Positions 62,486-64,000 of a stretch of DNA of 64,000 nt are shown here, in pieces. This DNA comes from Clostridiales bacterium. Its GTDB lineage: Bacteria; Bacillota; Clostridia; Lachnospirales; Lachnospiraceae. The DNA lies in contig DUQV01000060.1 of assembly GCA_012837605.1 (NCBI GenBank), forward strand, positions 10,079-74,078, in the 5' to 3' direction. Under the pieces are notes generated by a model that made no database searches, was not told the DNA's origin, and worked only from the letters and a program-made list of their open reading frames with translations. The position numbers were made by a program, and so were the translations under genes. Every line of letters begins with the position of its first letter. The first letter of the stretch is position 1.

Positions 62486-63418
62486 TTATTCCTGTATCTG
62501 ACATTCATAAGGATCCTTATCATCGCGAAATCCCTTGAATACAGGCTGACGAAGCATTCCCTTTTCATTGGGCATATAACTGACCACACAAACCATTATA
62601 GGCTTTAGCCATATAGCATTCTCATTGCCCGGTGGTGTAACAGCAAAGGGCGAATGCGGAATGGTTTCCAATTTCATTAGATTCCACCGGCTGACACCCA
62701 TGGTTACATGACCTTGATAGATCAGGTCACTGCCCTTATACTGACCGAGTACAATACTTGTGATGCCCTTCTCCTTAATAATATAGCCACATACAACAAA
62801 GTCTTTGTCCGCTAAGAATTTGAATTTAATCCAGTCTTTAGTGCGTTTATCATAATAATATCTGCTATCACATTTCTTTGCTATTACACCTTCAAGCTTC
62901 TGTGCTTTTGAGGCTTCAAAAAGTTCTATGCCTTTTTCGAAAATATATCTGCTTACGGCAAGCTCCGGTGATTCAACCACAATATCGGATAATACTGCTT
63001 TACGTTCCAGAAGGGGCAGGTTGGTAAGCTCCTTGTCTTTAAGATAGAGGATATCATAAGCAACATAAGAGGCCGGATATTTGTCAGAGGATATCTGTAT
63101 TTTAAATAAATTCGAGGTAAGAGCCCTCTTTTGAAGCTCAAAGAAATCAGGAACACCGTTTCTTAGAATAACAAGCTCTCCGTCAAGTATACAGCGCTCC
63201 TTAACATTTTTATATATATGAGTAAGTTCCGGAACCTTAGGAAGTAATCGTAAGTTTCTTTTATTTCTCAATTCGGTTTCTTTGATTTTAATATCAAGAT
63301 AAGCTATGCACCTAATCCCATCAAGCTTCAGCTCATAAATCCAATTAGGATTGTTAAATGGTTCGGTCATTTCAGATATCAGCATAGGTTTAATATTCTT
63401 CTTTTCAAAGATATCCAT
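62486..63418 (-). CDS. ligD: ATP-dependent DNA ligase, stand-alone LigD ligase domain
   Basis: PML, motif I YELKLDGIR, LDGEL, YDIL, LEGVIAK, WIKFK, LRQPVFKGFRDDK. Confidence 0.88.
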   Translation of the reverse strand: MDIFEKKNIKPMLISEMTEPFNNPNWIYELKLDGIRCIAYLDIKIKETELRNKRNLRLLPKVPELTHIYKNVKERCILDGELVILRNGVPDFFELQKRALTSNLFKIQISSDKYPASYVAYDILYLKDKELTNLPLLERKAVLSDIVVESPELAVSRYIFEKGIELFEASKAQKLEGVIAKKCDSRYYYDKRTKDWIKFKFLADKDFVVCGYIIKEKGITSIVLGQYKGSDLIYQGHVTMGVSRWNLMKLETIPHSPFAVTPPGNENAIWLKPIMVCVVSYMPNEKGMLRQPVFKGFRDDKDPYECQIQE

Positions 63419-64000
63419 TATGCGGTACCTGTTTTCTGCAGTTTAGACATTTCAATGGTTCTTTGTAGGGCTTCCATCAAATCAATAACATTACTTGGCT
63501 CGGAGGTATCTGCCGCAACGATATCCTCTCCCCGTATTTTTTTCAATATGGCATCTCTAAGTCTTTCCTGATATTCATCCTTATATGCTGAAGCGTCAAA
63601 TGGCTTGGTTAGAGAATTAAGCAGCGTCCTTGCCATGTTTATCTCGGCTTCATTTAATTCAACCTTTGGAATCTGCTTGGGTATAGGATTTATTTCATCA
63701 TGATAGAATAAGGTTTTTGCAATCATCCCCTGCTCGGTTGGATAAAGAACAATAAGATTTTCCTTAGTACCGATAACAGTCTTAGCCAGGGCAACCTTGG
63801 CTTCCGAGAGCATAACGACTCTTAAAAGCTCAAATGCTTTTTCAGCACCCGGCTCAGGAATAGCGTAATAATTCTTCTCATAGTAAATCTGATCAATCTC
63901 CGGAAGATTTACAAATTGTATAATATGAATGGTTTTGTCTTTTTTGGTCTTAATTTTTTCCAATTCATCCTTAGTCATCACCACATATTTACCTGCCTCA
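63418..64000 (-). CDS. ku: NHEJ Ku protein (N-terminus beyond window end)
   Basis: GKYVV, IHIIQFV...IDQIYYEKNYY, KAFELLR, YKDEYQERL, NVIDLMEALQRT; stop overlaps the ligase ATG. Confidence 0.93.
   Translation of the reverse strand, partial: EAGKYVVMTKDELEKIKTKKDKTIHIIQFVNLPEIDQIYYEKNYYAIPEPGAEKAFELLRVVMLSEAKVALAKTVIGTKENLIVLYPTEQGMIAKTLFYHDEINPIPKQIPKVELNEAEINMARTLLNSLTKPFDASAYKDEYQERLRDAILKKIRGEDIVAADTSEPSNVIDLMEALQRTIEMSKLQKTGTA

Overview
A 64 kb AT-rich chromosomal window from a spore-forming Clostridia member; gene content suggests Lachnospiraceae (inference). It is mostly core genome: metI/metQ, groES-groEL with a CIRCE operator, a TPP riboswitch-thiT unit, an sleC-like gene, an OmpR/HK two-component pair, 6S RNA, a sugar ABC importer, nadE, degV, addBA, a SASP, xylR/xylB, hslO, purF, a TetR-ABC exporter, two LysR paralogues, dut, putP, a cobD/hisC-like aminotransferase, T-box-valS, mgsA, fused purL and NHEJ ku/ligD. 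I saw no rRNA, tRNA, CRISPR array, transposase or prophage. The best candidate for an undescribed system is a four-gene operon at 46193-53115. It encodes a giant DUF5717-like scaffold, a DUF5716-like protein that reads as a catalytically degenerate, lid-less Hsp70/DnaK, a TPR protein and a two-TM coiled-coil protein. Other signals are a 194-bp palindrome plus a 23-24-bp tandem array after groEL, an orphan His-rich beta-propeller resembling aldos-2-ulose dehydratase, a PHP-phosphatase pseudogene where xylA would be expected, and a coupled pair of Zn-finger proteins. All family assignments are from motif recognition by eye, not database searches.
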